Shown piece after piece: positions 55,087 to 64,000 of a stretch of 64,000 bases of DNA. The notes beneath the pieces were generated by a model that was not told where the DNA came from, made no database searches, and saw nothing but the letters and a program-made list of their open reading frames with translations. This stretch comes from Spirochaetota bacterium. Lineage in GTDB: Bacteria; Spirochaetota; UBA4802; UBA5550. How positions within the stretch are numbered: position 1 is the first letter of the stretch; every line of letters begins with the position of its first letter. The stretch is taken from the NCBI GenBank assembly GCA_017999915.1, contig JAGNKX010000006.1, positions 64,077-128,076 of the forward strand, written 5' to 3'. Both the position numbers and the translations under genes were made by a program.

Positions 55087-55193
55087 CATGGCCGGTTTTT
55101 CAGACATCTGCATATTAACTGCTTGAAAAAAATTTCCTGAAGAAGAATGCTTTGACGCGTCTTCCGATCATTGACCGCGCAGGGGGTATCAGT

Positions 55194-56009
55194 ATGCTTA
55201 CAGACCTGTTGAAAGAATTTAATCCGGTGCTCATGGCGCTCTTCGCCACCCTTTTTACCTGGGGCGTTACGGCCCTCGGCGCGTCCATGGTCTTTTTCTT
55301 TAAAACGATCAACAGGCGTGTCCTGGACGCGATGCTCGGCTTTGCGGCCGGGGTGATGATTGCCGCCAGTTTCTGGTCCCTCCTGAGCCCGGCCATCGAA
55401 ATGGCCGGGGCTGACGGCGTGCCGCCGTGGCTTCCCGCCGTAATCGGCTTTCTCGCGGGCGGGGCCTTCCTGCTCCTGATCGACAGGGTCATGCCGCACC
55501 TCCACCTGGGCCTACCCATGGATGAAGCGGAAGGCGTGAAGACCTCCCTGCGCCGGAGCATACTCCTTGTCCTGGCCGTCACGATCCACAATATACCGGA
55601 AGGACTCGCCGTGGGCGTCGCCTTCGGCGCCATCGCCGCCGGGCTGCCGTCCGCGTCGATCGCCGGGGCGGTCGCCCTGGCCCTCGGCATAGGCCTCCAG
55701 AACTTTCCGGAGGGGGCGGCCGTGTCAATACCGCTGCGGCGGGAGGGCCTGTCGAGGCTGAAAAGCTTCTGGTACGGGCAGCTTTCGGGGTTCGTGGAGC
55801 CGGTCTCGGGTGTGTGCGGCGCCCTCCTGGTGATGGCCGCCAGGCCGATCCTTCCCTACGCCCTCTCCTTTGCGGCCGGCGCCATGATCTACGTCGTGGT
55901 GGAGGAGCTGATCCCGGAGTCACAGCAGGACAGGAACACGGACCTTTCCACCATCGGGGCCATGCTCGGTTTCGCCGTCATGATGTTCCTTGACGTGGCC
56001 CTGGGCTGA
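55194..56009 (+). CDS. zupT: ZIP-family zinc transporter (ZupT-like).
   Basis: About 271 aa from MLTDLL. It has 8 TM segments and [10 protein letters not shown] / QNFPEGAAV metal-binding motifs. Confidence 0.8.
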   Translation: MLTDLLKEFNPVLMALFATLFTWGVTALGASMVFFFKTINRRVLDAMLGFAAGVMIAASFWSLLSPAIEMAGADGVPPWLPAVIGFLAGGAFLLLIDRVMPHLHLGLPMDEAEGVKTSLRRSILLVLAVTIHNIPEGLAVGVAFGAIAAGLPSASIAGAVALALGIGLQNFPEGAAVSIPLRREGLSRLKSFWYGQLSGFVEPVSGVCGALLVMAARPILPYALSFAAGAMIYVVVEELIPESQQDRNTDLSTIGAMLGFAVMMFLDVALG

Positions 56010-56031
56010 CGGGGCCCCGCGGATAGGCGCC

Positions 56032-56571
56032 ATGATAGAATATTACGCGAACAGGGTCAACCGGTGCCGGCCGGGCCATGGCGCCTCCTGCGCCTTCTGC
56101 TGCGGCAGCCACAACTATTCCATGGCTCCGGAGGAGATCGAGGAGCTCTTCGACGGGCGGGGCCGCGGAGGCGCTGCGGGCCCGGCGCTCCACCAGGACA
56201 TCGCCTGCGCCGAAAAGCTCTTTCATGACGCGATCCAGTGTTCCCACGTGGGCATGGACCCGTCGGAGCCGGGGGTGGTCTGCTGTCTCCTCTACGGAGA
56301 AGACGACCGGGGAGGGGACGTCGAATCTTTTTTCATCGGCACTTGCAGAAATTTTTACTGCCCGGCCTGGGACGACCTCACGGACCGGCAGGTGCTGTTC
56401 GCCGCGCGCCTCATGGGCGACTGGTACTATTACAGCCTCCTGATCAACGACATCGCCGAGGTCCTTGACCTGTGCGCTGCCTACGACCGGCCGGAGGATG
56501 TCCCTCCGGAGGAGCTCGTCTCGCTCAAGGAGAGGCTGACGGAAAGGTTGATGGAGGAGGATGGGAAATAG
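56032..56571 (+). CDS. Cysteine-rich hypothetical protein.
   Basis: About 179 aa from MIEYYANRVN. It has Cys clusters (CAFCCGSHNY, VVCCLLYGED, CRNFYCPAWDD). Confidence 0.45.
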   Translation: MIEYYANRVNRCRPGHGASCAFCCGSHNYSMAPEEIEELFDGRGRGGAAGPALHQDIACAEKLFHDAIQCSHVGMDPSEPGVVCCLLYGEDDRGGDVESFFIGTCRNFYCPAWDDLTDRQVLFAARLMGDWYYYSLLINDIAEVLDLCAAYDRPEDVPPEELVSLKERLTERLMEEDGK

Positions 56572-56599
56572 CCGCACCCTTCGGGGCGCGGCTTATCCG

Positions 56600-57781
56600 C
56601 TATAGCTTGCCGCTCATCTCCGACAGGAAGGCCTTGATCCGTGACCGCTCCTCATCGTTGAGGGAATCCGTGTCGATGCGGATATGGCAGTGGTCGGATT
56701 GAAGTGAACAGGTGCCGGCAGACGCGGCAGACATCACTTCATAGGCCTGCACCGGGTACGATATCCCCTTAACGTCGATGGGTGGCTGCGCCACGCATTC
56801 AAACTGGTCCTTGACGAGCTGGTAGGTCTCTTCCGATATCATGATCCCGCCCGGCTTCGCCTGGCTCTGCAGGCGCGACGCCAGGTTTACCGGCGTGCCC
56901 ATGATGGTGTAGGCCAGCTGGGTGGAGCTTCCGAAGTTCCCGACGGTGCAGAATCCCGTGGTTATCCCCATGCGGACCTGCAGGGGGAGGGCGATACCCT
57001 TTGATTGCCAGGCGCTCTGCAGGGTCCCGATGGCCTCCTGCATGGCCAGGGCCATGCGGATGCACGCCTCCGCGTCTTCCCTGACGCCCTGGGTGGCCGG
57101 GTCCCCGAAGAACACCAGTATGGCGTCGCCGATATACTTGTCCAGCGTTCCCCTGTACGCGTGGACGATCCCGGTCATGGTGTCGAAATAGTGGTTGAGC
57201 AGATAGGTCATGTCCTCCGGCTCGAGCTTTTCGGTCTGCCTCGTGAAGTCCTTTATGTCGGAAAAGAACACCGTCAGCTTCTTGCGACTGCTGCCGATGG
57301 ATGCCGTGATTTCGCCGTCGCGGATGCTCCGGGCGAGCTGCGGCGAGATGTATGTCGAGTACTGCCTGCTCAGGTCCTCGATCTTTTTCCGCGCCCGGGC
57401 CAGCTCAAGATGAAGCTTCACCCGCTGGATCACCACGGGCGGGCTTATCGGCTTGGTGATATAATCCACCGCGCCCAGCTCAAAGCCGAGGGCCTCGTTC
57501 TGTGCGTCGGTCACCGCCGTCACGAAGATGACCGGGATATGGCGCGTTTTCTCGCTGCCTTTCAGCCTCCGGCAGACCTCGTGCCCGTCCATCTCCGGCA
57601 TCATCACGTCGAGGAGGATGATGTCGGGCGGGGAGTCGCCGTCGCAGATGCTGAGGGCCTTTTTCCCCGACGTGGCCGCCTTGATGAGGTAGAAATCTGA
57701 AAGAACGCCGCTCAATACCGATATGTTTTCCGGCGTGTCGTCGACAATGAGGAGAGAGGGCTGCAGCTGTTCCGCATCCAT
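56600..57781 (-). CDS. Response regulator with a REC receiver plus a class III adenylate/guanylate cyclase output domain.
   Basis: 393 aa. It has REC (LLIVDDTPENI...DVMMPEMDG...) and a cyclase core (LTVFFSDIKDFT...IGDAILVFFG...). Confidence 0.85.
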   Translation of the reverse strand: MDAEQLQPSLLIVDDTPENISVLSGVLSDFYLIKAATSGKKALSICDGDSPPDIILLDVMMPEMDGHEVCRRLKGSEKTRHIPVIFVTAVTDAQNEALGFELGAVDYITKPISPPVVIQRVKLHLELARARKKIEDLSRQYSTYISPQLARSIRDGEITASIGSSRKKLTVFFSDIKDFTRQTEKLEPEDMTYLLNHYFDTMTGIVHAYRGTLDKYIGDAILVFFGDPATQGVREDAEACIRMALAMQEAIGTLQSAWQSKGIALPLQVRMGITTGFCTVGNFGSSTQLAYTIMGTPVNLASRLQSQAKPGGIMISEETYQLVKDQFECVAQPPIDVKGISYPVQAYEVMSAASAGTCSLQSDHCHIRIDTDSLNDEERSRIKAFLSEMSGKL

Positions 57782-57803
57782 AGTATAAGACTCCTGTCTG
57801 GTG

Positions 57804-58175
57804 TTATATCATTGATGTCACAAGGCGGCGTATCGCTTCCGGATCAAGGGGCTTGGTGATGAACCCGGCCGCTCCGAGGGACGTGGCTTTCTCCCGGTCC
57901 TCGTCGCTCGCCAGGGCGGTCACGTATATGACCGGTATGGCCGCGGTGGCGGGATCGGCCTTGAGCCTCCCGAGTACTTCCCACCCGTCCATTTCCGGCA
58001 TCAGGATATCAAGGAATACCAGGTCCGGCCTGGGATCGCCCGCGCATATCTTCAGCGCTTTTTCGCCGCTCGTCGCGGCTTTGATCTTTCCAAAGGGGGC
58101 CAGAATGGCGCTCAGGGCCGTTATATTTTCCGGCGTGTCGTCTACGATGAGAATGTTTTTCCCGGTTGCAGTCAT
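57804..58175 (-). CDS. Single-domain response regulator (REC).
   Basis: 123 aa (ILIVDDTPENI...LDILMPEMDGWEV...). Confidence 0.85.
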   Translation of the reverse strand: MTATGKNILIVDDTPENITALSAILAPFGKIKAATSGEKALKICAGDPRPDLVFLDILMPEMDGWEVLGRLKADPATAAIPVIYVTALASDEDREKATSLGAAGFITKPLDPEAIRRLVTSMI

Positions 58176-58185
58176 TGGTGCCTCG

Positions 58186-61100
58186 CTAATCCATTGGTAA
58201 ATTATCGATACGGTTTTTCAATTCTGTCATATGCTCCAGAACCGATTCGAAGTCGTAGTTTTCAGCCTTTTTCTTCATGGTGGTGAGAAGATCATGAAGG
58301 TCCGGGATGTCCATGTCGTATATCTCGGAAATGACGGCGATGGATGAGATATCGTCGTTCCTGAGGAGGGCCTCAAGGGCATCGGCGCGCTCCATCAGGC
58401 GGCCGACGTCGATCGCCGCCGGGCCTTGGCGCCGCGTTTCCTTCGCGGCCGCGATCCATGATTCCAGGCCGGTCACGACCTCCGAGAGGGCCCGTTCCAT
58501 CAGGTCCAGCTTCATCCCCGCGTCGCGGCCGTGCTTGAGGGCGAACTCCGCGTCACGGGAGGCGGCGTGAAGCTCCTTCGCGCCGAGGTTGCCCGCCACC
58601 GATTTAAGCGAATGGGCGAATCGCACCGCCTCGGCCTGTTCCCCGTGGGCGATGAGCGAGCGTATCGATTCTACGCAGGACCCCTGCCGCTCGGGGAACT
58701 GGCGCAGCAGCCTGATGTAGGCCGCGGCGTTTCCGGCAAGGTGGGTGAGGCCGTCATCGATATCAATGCCGGGGAGCTGTTCCGGCAGGGCTGAAGCATC
58801 CGCATGGAACGAGTGAAACGAGCCTTCATCGGGCTTCACGTCAAAGGGTTTGTCCGGATCAGGCTTGATGAATTCGACGAGGGTGCCGTACAGCTTCTCC
58901 GGATCGACCGGTTTGGCCACGTGGGACACCATCCCCGCTTCGCGGGCCCTGTCAAGGTCCTGCTCCATGGCGTTGGCGGTCATGGCTATGATCGGGATGC
59001 CGTCAAATTCGGGCCTTGACCTGATGATGCGGGTCGCCTCGTATCCGTCCATGACGGGCATCTGCATGTCCATCAGCACGGCGTGGAAATCGGCCTTCAT
59101 TTTTTCAACCGCGTCCCTGCCGTCGACGGCCAGGGTGACGGAGAGCCCGGCCCCTTCGAGAAGCTCGATGGCGACCTGCTGGTTCAGGTCGTTGTCCTCG
59201 GCCAGGAGGATCCTGGCGCCGCGGATGTCCCTGACGATCTCCGCCGGGTCTTTGCCGGCGCGGCTCCGCCGGTGGCCCTGGACGGCTTCGTCTCTGCGGA
59301 GGAAGATGTTCATCAGGGTGTCGATGACGGTGGAGGGACTGACCGGTTTTATAAGGAAGCCTTCAATGCCGATCTCCTCTGCGCTGTTCAGGAGCCCCTC
59401 GGATCCATAGGCCGTCACCATGACAATCGTCGGGATTTTCGACAGGTTCGGATCGGCCTTGATCCTCCGGCTGGCCTCCAGGCCGTCCATGCCGGGCATC
59501 TTCCAGTCCATGAGCACCAGGTCGTAACCGGCGCCCGTCCCGGACGCCCGTTCCAGCTCCCTGATGGCGTCATCCCCGGAGGGGCACACAGAGACCTTGA
59601 AATCGAGGCGCTCCATCATGTCCTTCAGTATCTGCCGCGAGCTCTGGTTGTCATCGACCACGAGTACCCGCATGCCCCGGAGCTCAACGACCTTCTTGTC
59701 TATGGGCGCTTCCGATCCTTTCTGGACCCGGAAGGCCGCGTTGAACCTGAAAACGCTTCCGGCGCCGAAGGTGCTTTCCATCGATATGGCCCCGCCCATC
59801 ATTTCCACGAGGCGGCGCGATATGGAAAGGCCCAGGCCGGTGCCTCCGTATTTTCGCGTCGTCGAGCTGTCGGCCTGTGAAAAGGACTGGAACAGCTTAC
59901 CCATCTGTTCGTCAGTCATGCCGATTCCGGTGTCCGAGACCGTGAATTCGACATGGACCGAGTCATCCGACCGACGGAGGAGCCGCGACCTGACCACGAT
60001 CTCCCCTTTTTCGGTGAATTTGACCGCGTTGCTGCAGAGGTTGACCAGCACCTGGTTGAGGCGCAGGGGGTCGCCGATCAAGAGGTTGGGTATGTCCGCC
60101 TGCGTGTCAAAGATCAGTTCGAGACCCTTCTCCTGGGCCTTGACGCTGACGACCGTTGAGAGGTTTCCCATCACGTCGTCGAGGTTGAACGGGATCTGCT
60201 CCATGTCGAGCTTTCCGGCCTCGATCTTGGAAAAGTCCAGGATGTCGTTTATGATATGGAGAAGGCTGTGCGCCGCCCGGTCGATTTTTCCCAGGTAGTC
60301 CCGCTGCCGAGGATTGAGGCTGGTCTTGAGAGCCAGGTGCGACATGCCGACGATGGCGTTCATCGGGGTCCTGATCTCGTGGGACATGTTGGCCAGGAAA
60401 TCGCTCTTTGACCTGTTGGCCGCCTCCGCCGCGTCCCTGGCCTCCTTCAGTTCTTTTTCGGCCCGCCGTATCTCGGTGATGTCGCGGATCGATTCAATGG
60501 CGCCGATGATGTTCCCCTGCGAATCGCGGAGGGCCGACGCGAATCCGATAAGGATGATCCCGTTCGTTCCCAGCATCGGAATAAAGGACTCGGCGGTCAG
60601 GATATCGCCCTCGCGCTGGACGTGCTTGTAGCTGGTGTCAAGCTCCTCTTCCGAGGCGAACACGAGGTCGATCAGGACGGGGCGCCGCTCCCCGTAGAAT
60701 GGAAGGGAGTACTCGTGGTCTCCCTTGCCGATGATGCCGTTACGTTTAACTCCTGTTATGTTTTCCATTGCCCTGTTCCACGCGGTGACCCTTCCCTCGC
60801 GGTCGATGACGAAGGTGGCGTTGGGGAGGAAGTCGATGATATCGGCCAGGCGGCGCTCCGAGTCGAGCAGTGCCTCGGTCGCCGATTCCAACTCCGTGAT
60901 GTCCCGGAAGTACCAGACGCGCCCGTAATAGTCGCCTTCGTCGTCTATCATCGGGGCTGAGTAGCGGTCGAAGGTGTGGCCGTCTTTCAGGAGGATTTTG
61001 TCGCGGCTTGTCTCGGAGCGGTTCCGGTTCAGGTAGCGTATCTTGCCGGTGACTTCTTCCGGGTCAACACAGTTTTCCAGCATTGACTGCTGCACCTGCC

Positions 61101-62670
61101 GGGCCGACCGTGATTCAATCACGGTGAGTGGAAGGTTCCACATGTCGACGAACCGCCTGTTGTACGAGAGGATGCTCCCTTCCCCGTCGACGATGAGGAC
61201 GCCGTCAAGTGAGACCTCCTGCTGTGTCGTGAGCAGGATATTCCTGAGATACAGCTCCTTCTGTTTTTCCTTGATCTCGGTGAGGTCCGATATGATGCCG
61301 AGAAGGTGATACTTGGTCCCCAGGGTTATCCTGACAAGGCTGATCTCGCAAAAGACCTCTCCGCCGCCGCGGTGCCTGAAGACAAACTCGCTGCGGACCT
61401 GACCCTCTTCCATGGCCCGGTCGCACATCTCGTAAAAAAAGATGACCGACGCCGCGCCGTTATGCTGGATTTCAGGGAGCAGTGACGGAAGGTCCGACAG
61501 GAATTCATCTTCGTGATCGACGCCGAACATCGTTTTCACCGCGGGATTGATGCTGAGGAGCCGCGGCGGCGTTTCATTGGCGTCAATGATGAGTATCGCA
61601 ACGGGTGACTGCCGGTGCACGGCGCCGAGCATTTCTCCCGTTAACCGCTTCTCGGTGACGTCTATCAGCACGGCCATGGCGCCGCCCCCCGCCTCGGGGC
61701 TGACGGGCGAGACGTTGAGATTGATCCAGACCGGTTCGCTGCCGGGGGTTATTATGCCGATGTCACGGTTGTCTATCCTTTTCATCTCCGACAGGGTATC
61801 CACCAGGAGGTATTCGGAGGCAGGCATCACCGATCCGTCCTGCCGCAGGATTTTCCAGCCCCGTTCAACCACCTCCTTCAGGTTTTTGAGGGGCTCTGCC
61901 AGGTTCAATATCTCCAACAGCTTTTTGTTGTGCTGCTGAATCGATCCGTCCGGCATCAGCCTGAGCAGGCCCACCGGTATGGCGTCGAATATCACGTCAT
62001 TGAGCAGCGTCTTTACCGAGATCGTATGCCTCTGATCATCGATGGTGATATTCTGAAGAAAATTTTTCTTGAAGCCCGAGTACATGATCCGCGTCAGGAC
62101 CCAGGATATCAAGGTCAGGGTTGTTCCATTTGCATAATGGCCGTAGAGCTGATTGTAGTCGGTCTGGGTGTAGGATATCCCGATCAGAAAAAGCGCCAGT
62201 GCAATACCATGGATGACGATACTCGCGGAATGGGAAAAAAGGATTGAGGCGCTGATGCCGAAGGAGAAAATGACATAGGCGGTGATCTGGCCGTGAATCT
62301 TCTGGTCGGCCGCCGCTGTCGCCACCGCGCTTAACATCAGGGCGAGGCAGATTCCATTGACGGCTATTTTATGGAAGATGTTGATGCCTGCTTCCGATTT
62401 CGGCCTGGAGAGGAAAAAAACAAGGGCAAAAAATACCATCGCCGCCAGTGTCGCGCAATGGATAATGAAGAGATCATAGTAACCGGGATTGCTCCAGAGC
62501 CCCTTGTCTTTATTTGACAAATCAGCGATGACATTTAAAATGAAAACGGGAATCAGGATGGCGGCAAAAATTCTGCACCGGGCGAAATCGGTTGCGTAGA
62601 GATTGCGGATGAAAGTCTGTTTTAAGTCTTTCGGTAATCTGGTGATTGTCACGTACCTGTTCAATCTCAT
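58186..62670 (-). CDS. Giant hybrid sensor histidine kinase. Domain order: N-terminal multi-TM sensor, several PAS domains, HisKA/HATPase, two REC domains and a C-terminal HPt domain.
   Basis: 1494 aa. It has an H-box ([22 protein letters not shown]) and N/G boxes. It has two receiver domains (...[13 protein letters not shown]..., ...[13 protein letters not shown]...) and an HPt ([13 protein letters not shown]). Confidence 0.85.
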   Translation of the reverse strand: MRLNRYVTITRLPKDLKQTFIRNLYATDFARCRIFAAILIPVFILNVIADLSNKDKGLWSNPGYYDLFIIHCATLAAMVFFALVFFLSRPKSEAGINIFHKIAVNGICLALMLSAVATAAADQKIHGQITAYVIFSFGISASILFSHSASIVIHGIALALFLIGISYTQTDYNQLYGHYANGTTLTLISWVLTRIMYSGFKKNFLQNITIDDQRHTISVKTLLNDVIFDAIPVGLLRLMPDGSIQQHNKKLLEILNLAEPLKNLKEVVERGWKILRQDGSVMPASEYLLVDTLSEMKRIDNRDIGIITPGSEPVWINLNVSPVSPEAGGGAMAVLIDVTEKRLTGEMLGAVHRQSPVAILIIDANETPPRLLSINPAVKTMFGVDHEDEFLSDLPSLLPEIQHNGAASVIFFYEMCDRAMEEGQVRSEFVFRHRGGGEVFCEISLVRITLGTKYHLLGIISDLTEIKEKQKELYLRNILLTTQQEVSLDGVLIVDGEGSILSYNRRFVDMWNLPLTVIESRSARQVQQSMLENCVDPEEVTGKIRYLNRNRSETSRDKILLKDGHTFDRYSAPMIDDEGDYYGRVWYFRDITELESATEALLDSERRLADIIDFLPNATFVIDREGRVTAWNRAMENITGVKRNGIIGKGDHEYSLPFYGERRPVLIDLVFASEEELDTSYKHVQREGDILTAESFIPMLGTNGIILIGFASALRDSQGNIIGAIESIRDITEIRRAEKELKEARDAAEAANRSKSDFLANMSHEIRTPMNAIVGMSHLALKTSLNPRQRDYLGKIDRAAHSLLHIINDILDFSKIEAGKLDMEQIPFNLDDVMGNLSTVVSVKAQEKGLELIFDTQADIPNLLIGDPLRLNQVLVNLCSNAVKFTEKGEIVVRSRLLRRSDDSVHVEFTVSDTGIGMTDEQMGKLFQSFSQADSSTTRKYGGTGLGLSISRRLVEMMGGAISMESTFGAGSVFRFNAAFRVQKGSEAPIDKKVVELRGMRVLVVDDNQSSRQILKDMMERLDFKVSVCPSGDDAIRELERASGTGAGYDLVLMDWKMPGMDGLEASRRIKADPNLSKIPTIVMVTAYGSEGLLNSAEEIGIEGFLIKPVSPSTVIDTLMNIFLRRDEAVQGHRRSRAGKDPAEIVRDIRGARILLAEDNDLNQQVAIELLEGAGLSVTLAVDGRDAVEKMKADFHAVLMDMQMPVMDGYEATRIIRSRPEFDGIPIIAMTANAMEQDLDRAREAGMVSHVAKPVDPEKLYGTLVEFIKPDPDKPFDVKPDEGSFHSFHADASALPEQLPGIDIDDGLTHLAGNAAAYIRLLRQFPERQGSCVESIRSLIAHGEQAEAVRFAHSLKSVAGNLGAKELHAASRDAEFALKHGRDAGMKLDLMERALSEVVTGLESWIAAAKETRRQGPAAIDVGRLMERADALEALLRNDDISSIAVISEIYDMDIPDLHDLLTTMKKKAENYDFESVLEHMTELKNRIDNLPMD

Positions 62671-62691
62671 GTTGTTTTCACCTGGTATGTG

Positions 62692-62913
62692 TTATTGCCC
62701 ATCCCGGAGGATTTCCCCGGCCCGGTCAGTATTATCCGGGTAGAGGTCCGGGGGGACTTTTTCTTTACCCAGCGTGCTCGCAACCATGAAACGGGCGCAC
62801 CGCGCATTGCTGCCCAGGCAGTATTTCTTTTTGATAAAGATGGATTTACCCGGCATGTTCGCCAGGGTATCGTTGAAAAAAGGACATGTTTTCAATGATG
62901 GGCATTCCGCCAT
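62692..62913 (-). CDS. Small Cys-containing hypothetical protein (73 aa) between the two kinase genes.
   Basis: MAECPSLKTCPFFNDT...CLGSNARCARF. There are four Cys arranged as a possible metal-binding knuckle. Confidence 0.35.
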   Translation of the reverse strand: MAECPSLKTCPFFNDTLANMPGKSIFIKKKYCLGSNARCARFMVASTLGKEKVPPDLYPDNTDRAGEILRDGQ

Positions 62914-63041
62914 ACATACCTCTCAAACCGTTATTATAGGCTGTACCCTGAAAAGTATTCTGTCAAACACTAATGGGCCCGGTGCCGATGATTCTTCCAT
63001 GTTGGAAATCAAACGGGATAATGCCCGTAATGGCCGGCGGC

Positions 63042-64000
63042 TTAATCCTCTTTTATATTCTCCAGCAGTTTTTCAAGCTTAGCAAGGCGCAGCAGCGCCG
63101 ATTCAAAATTATAATTTTCAGCTTCTTTCCGCAGGTCGGACAGTACCTCCCGGAGGGCAGGAATCCTCATCGCGTCCAGCTTGTCAATGATCCCGATGGC
63201 CGCGGTGTCATCGTCCTTGAGAAGAGCCCCGAGTTCCTTTGCCATCTCCTCCAGGCGTTCTCTGCCGACGGGCGCGGTCTCGTCACGCCGTTCATTCCCG
63301 GCGGCCGCCGCCCAGGATTTGATCCCCGAGACAATGTCATCAAGGGCGCGGTCCATGGCGGCGAGCGCCACGGCGGGGTCGCGGCCTTCCTTGAGGGCGA
63401 GCTCGGCATCGCGGGAAAAGGCGAAGAGCTCCTGCGCGCCGATATTGCCGGCCACGGACTTGAGCGAATGGGCCAGGCGCACCGCCTCGGTCATTTCGTT
63501 CTTTTCCACGCAGGAGCGAATTGATCCGGCGCTTTGCCCCAGCCGCTCCGGGAACTGCAGCAGGAGCCTGATGTAGGCCTGCGCGTTGCCTCCCAGGTGG
63601 GACAGGCCGTCGTCGATGTCTATGCCGGGAAGGCTGTCAGGAAGCCCGGCGCGGTCCGTCACGCGCGCTCCGCCTGTCGGCTCCTCCTTCGTGTCAAAGG
63701 GCTTCGCCGGGTCCGGTGTGATGAATTCGGCAAGGGTGCGATAGAGCCTTTCCGGGTCGACCGGTTTCGCCACGTGGGAGACCATCCCGGCTTCCCGCGC
63801 CTTCTCGAGGTCCTGCTCCATTGCGTTGGCTGTCATGGCTATGACGGGGATGCCGTCGAATTCGGGCTTGGACCTGATGATGCGGGTAGCCTCGTACCCG
63901 TCCATGGCGGGCATCTGCACGTCCATCAGCACCGCGTGAAAATCGGCCCTCATTTTTTCGACCGCGTCCCTGCCGTCCACGGCAAGGGTGACGGAAAGGC
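63042..64000 (-). CDS. Second hybrid histidine kinase, C-terminal REC-HPt part. It is a paralog of 58186-62670, and the gene continues beyond the window.
   Basis: The frame is open to the window end. The protein and DNA are about 80-85% identical to the 58186-59200 region. Confidence 0.8.
   Translation of the reverse strand, partial: LSVTLAVDGRDAVEKMRADFHAVLMDVQMPAMDGYEATRIIRSKPEFDGIPVIAMTANAMEQDLEKAREAGMVSHVAKPVDPERLYRTLAEFITPDPAKPFDTKEEPTGGARVTDRAGLPDSLPGIDIDDGLSHLGGNAQAYIRLLLQFPERLGQSAGSIRSCVEKNEMTEAVRLAHSLKSVAGNIGAQELFAFSRDAELALKEGRDPAVALAAMDRALDDIVSGIKSWAAAAGNERRDETAPVGRERLEEMAKELGALLKDDDTAAIGIIDKLDAMRIPALREVLSDLRKEAENYNFESALLRLAKLEKLLENIKED

Noticed and set aside
1-64000. CRISPR arrays, rRNA and tRNA genes, prophage or integrase genes.
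   Set aside because: No regularly spaced direct repeats, no rRNA-like conserved blocks, no tRNA cloverleaf candidates and no integrase or transposase ORFs were seen by eye.

Overview
This is a GC-rich (by eye roughly 60-65%) chromosomal segment that looks like it comes from a sulfite- or organosulfonate-respiring member of the Desulfobacterota (delta-proteobacterial type). All annotation is by eye from the sequence and ORF track; no searches were run.

Gene order left to right:
- 3' end of pcnB.
- A fatty-acid-type block: OYE/FadH-like dienoyl-CoA reductase, TetR, acyl-CoA dehydrogenase.
- A convergent RND pump, and a divergent TolC-like outer-membrane protein.
- An Omp85 (BamA/TamA-like, 945 aa) plus TamB pair.
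- A sulfonate catabolic module: sulfoacetaldehyde acetyltransferase Xsc, then acetate kinase, then a co-regulated cluster of SDR, HACL/Oxc-like ThDP enzyme, MFS transporter, SDR and TetR.
- A complete dissimilatory sulfite reduction block: dsrMKJOP with an extra dsrM/K-like pair downstream, divergent dsrAB with no dsrD, and dsrC-dsrN followed by a carbon-nitrogen hydrolase.
- A methyl-accepting chemotaxis protein (MCP), a HAMP adenylate cyclase and a histone-H1-like protein.
- A low-GC islet with STAS-domain proteins.
- AttH-like protein, MarR, MBL hydrolase and ZupT.
- A signalling locus with two tandemly duplicated giant hybrid histidine kinases, a stand-alone receiver (REC) protein and a REC-adenylate cyclase.

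The most notable non-coding structure:
- A ~40-bp, nearly invariant AT-rich palindromic promoter/operator block recurs upstream of dsrAB (where it is a perfect divergent palindrome also facing the dsrMKJOP operon), dsrC and the MCP gene.
- A shared TGAATA-T-TATTCA operator sits at the transcription start of both the xsc and the SDR operon promoters.
- There are two copies of a MITE-like element (CCCTCACCCC terminal inverted repeats), a family of REP-like GC hairpins, and a 238-bp element with perfect 22-bp terminal inverted repeats immediately upstream of xsc.

No rRNA, tRNA or CRISPR array was recognised.
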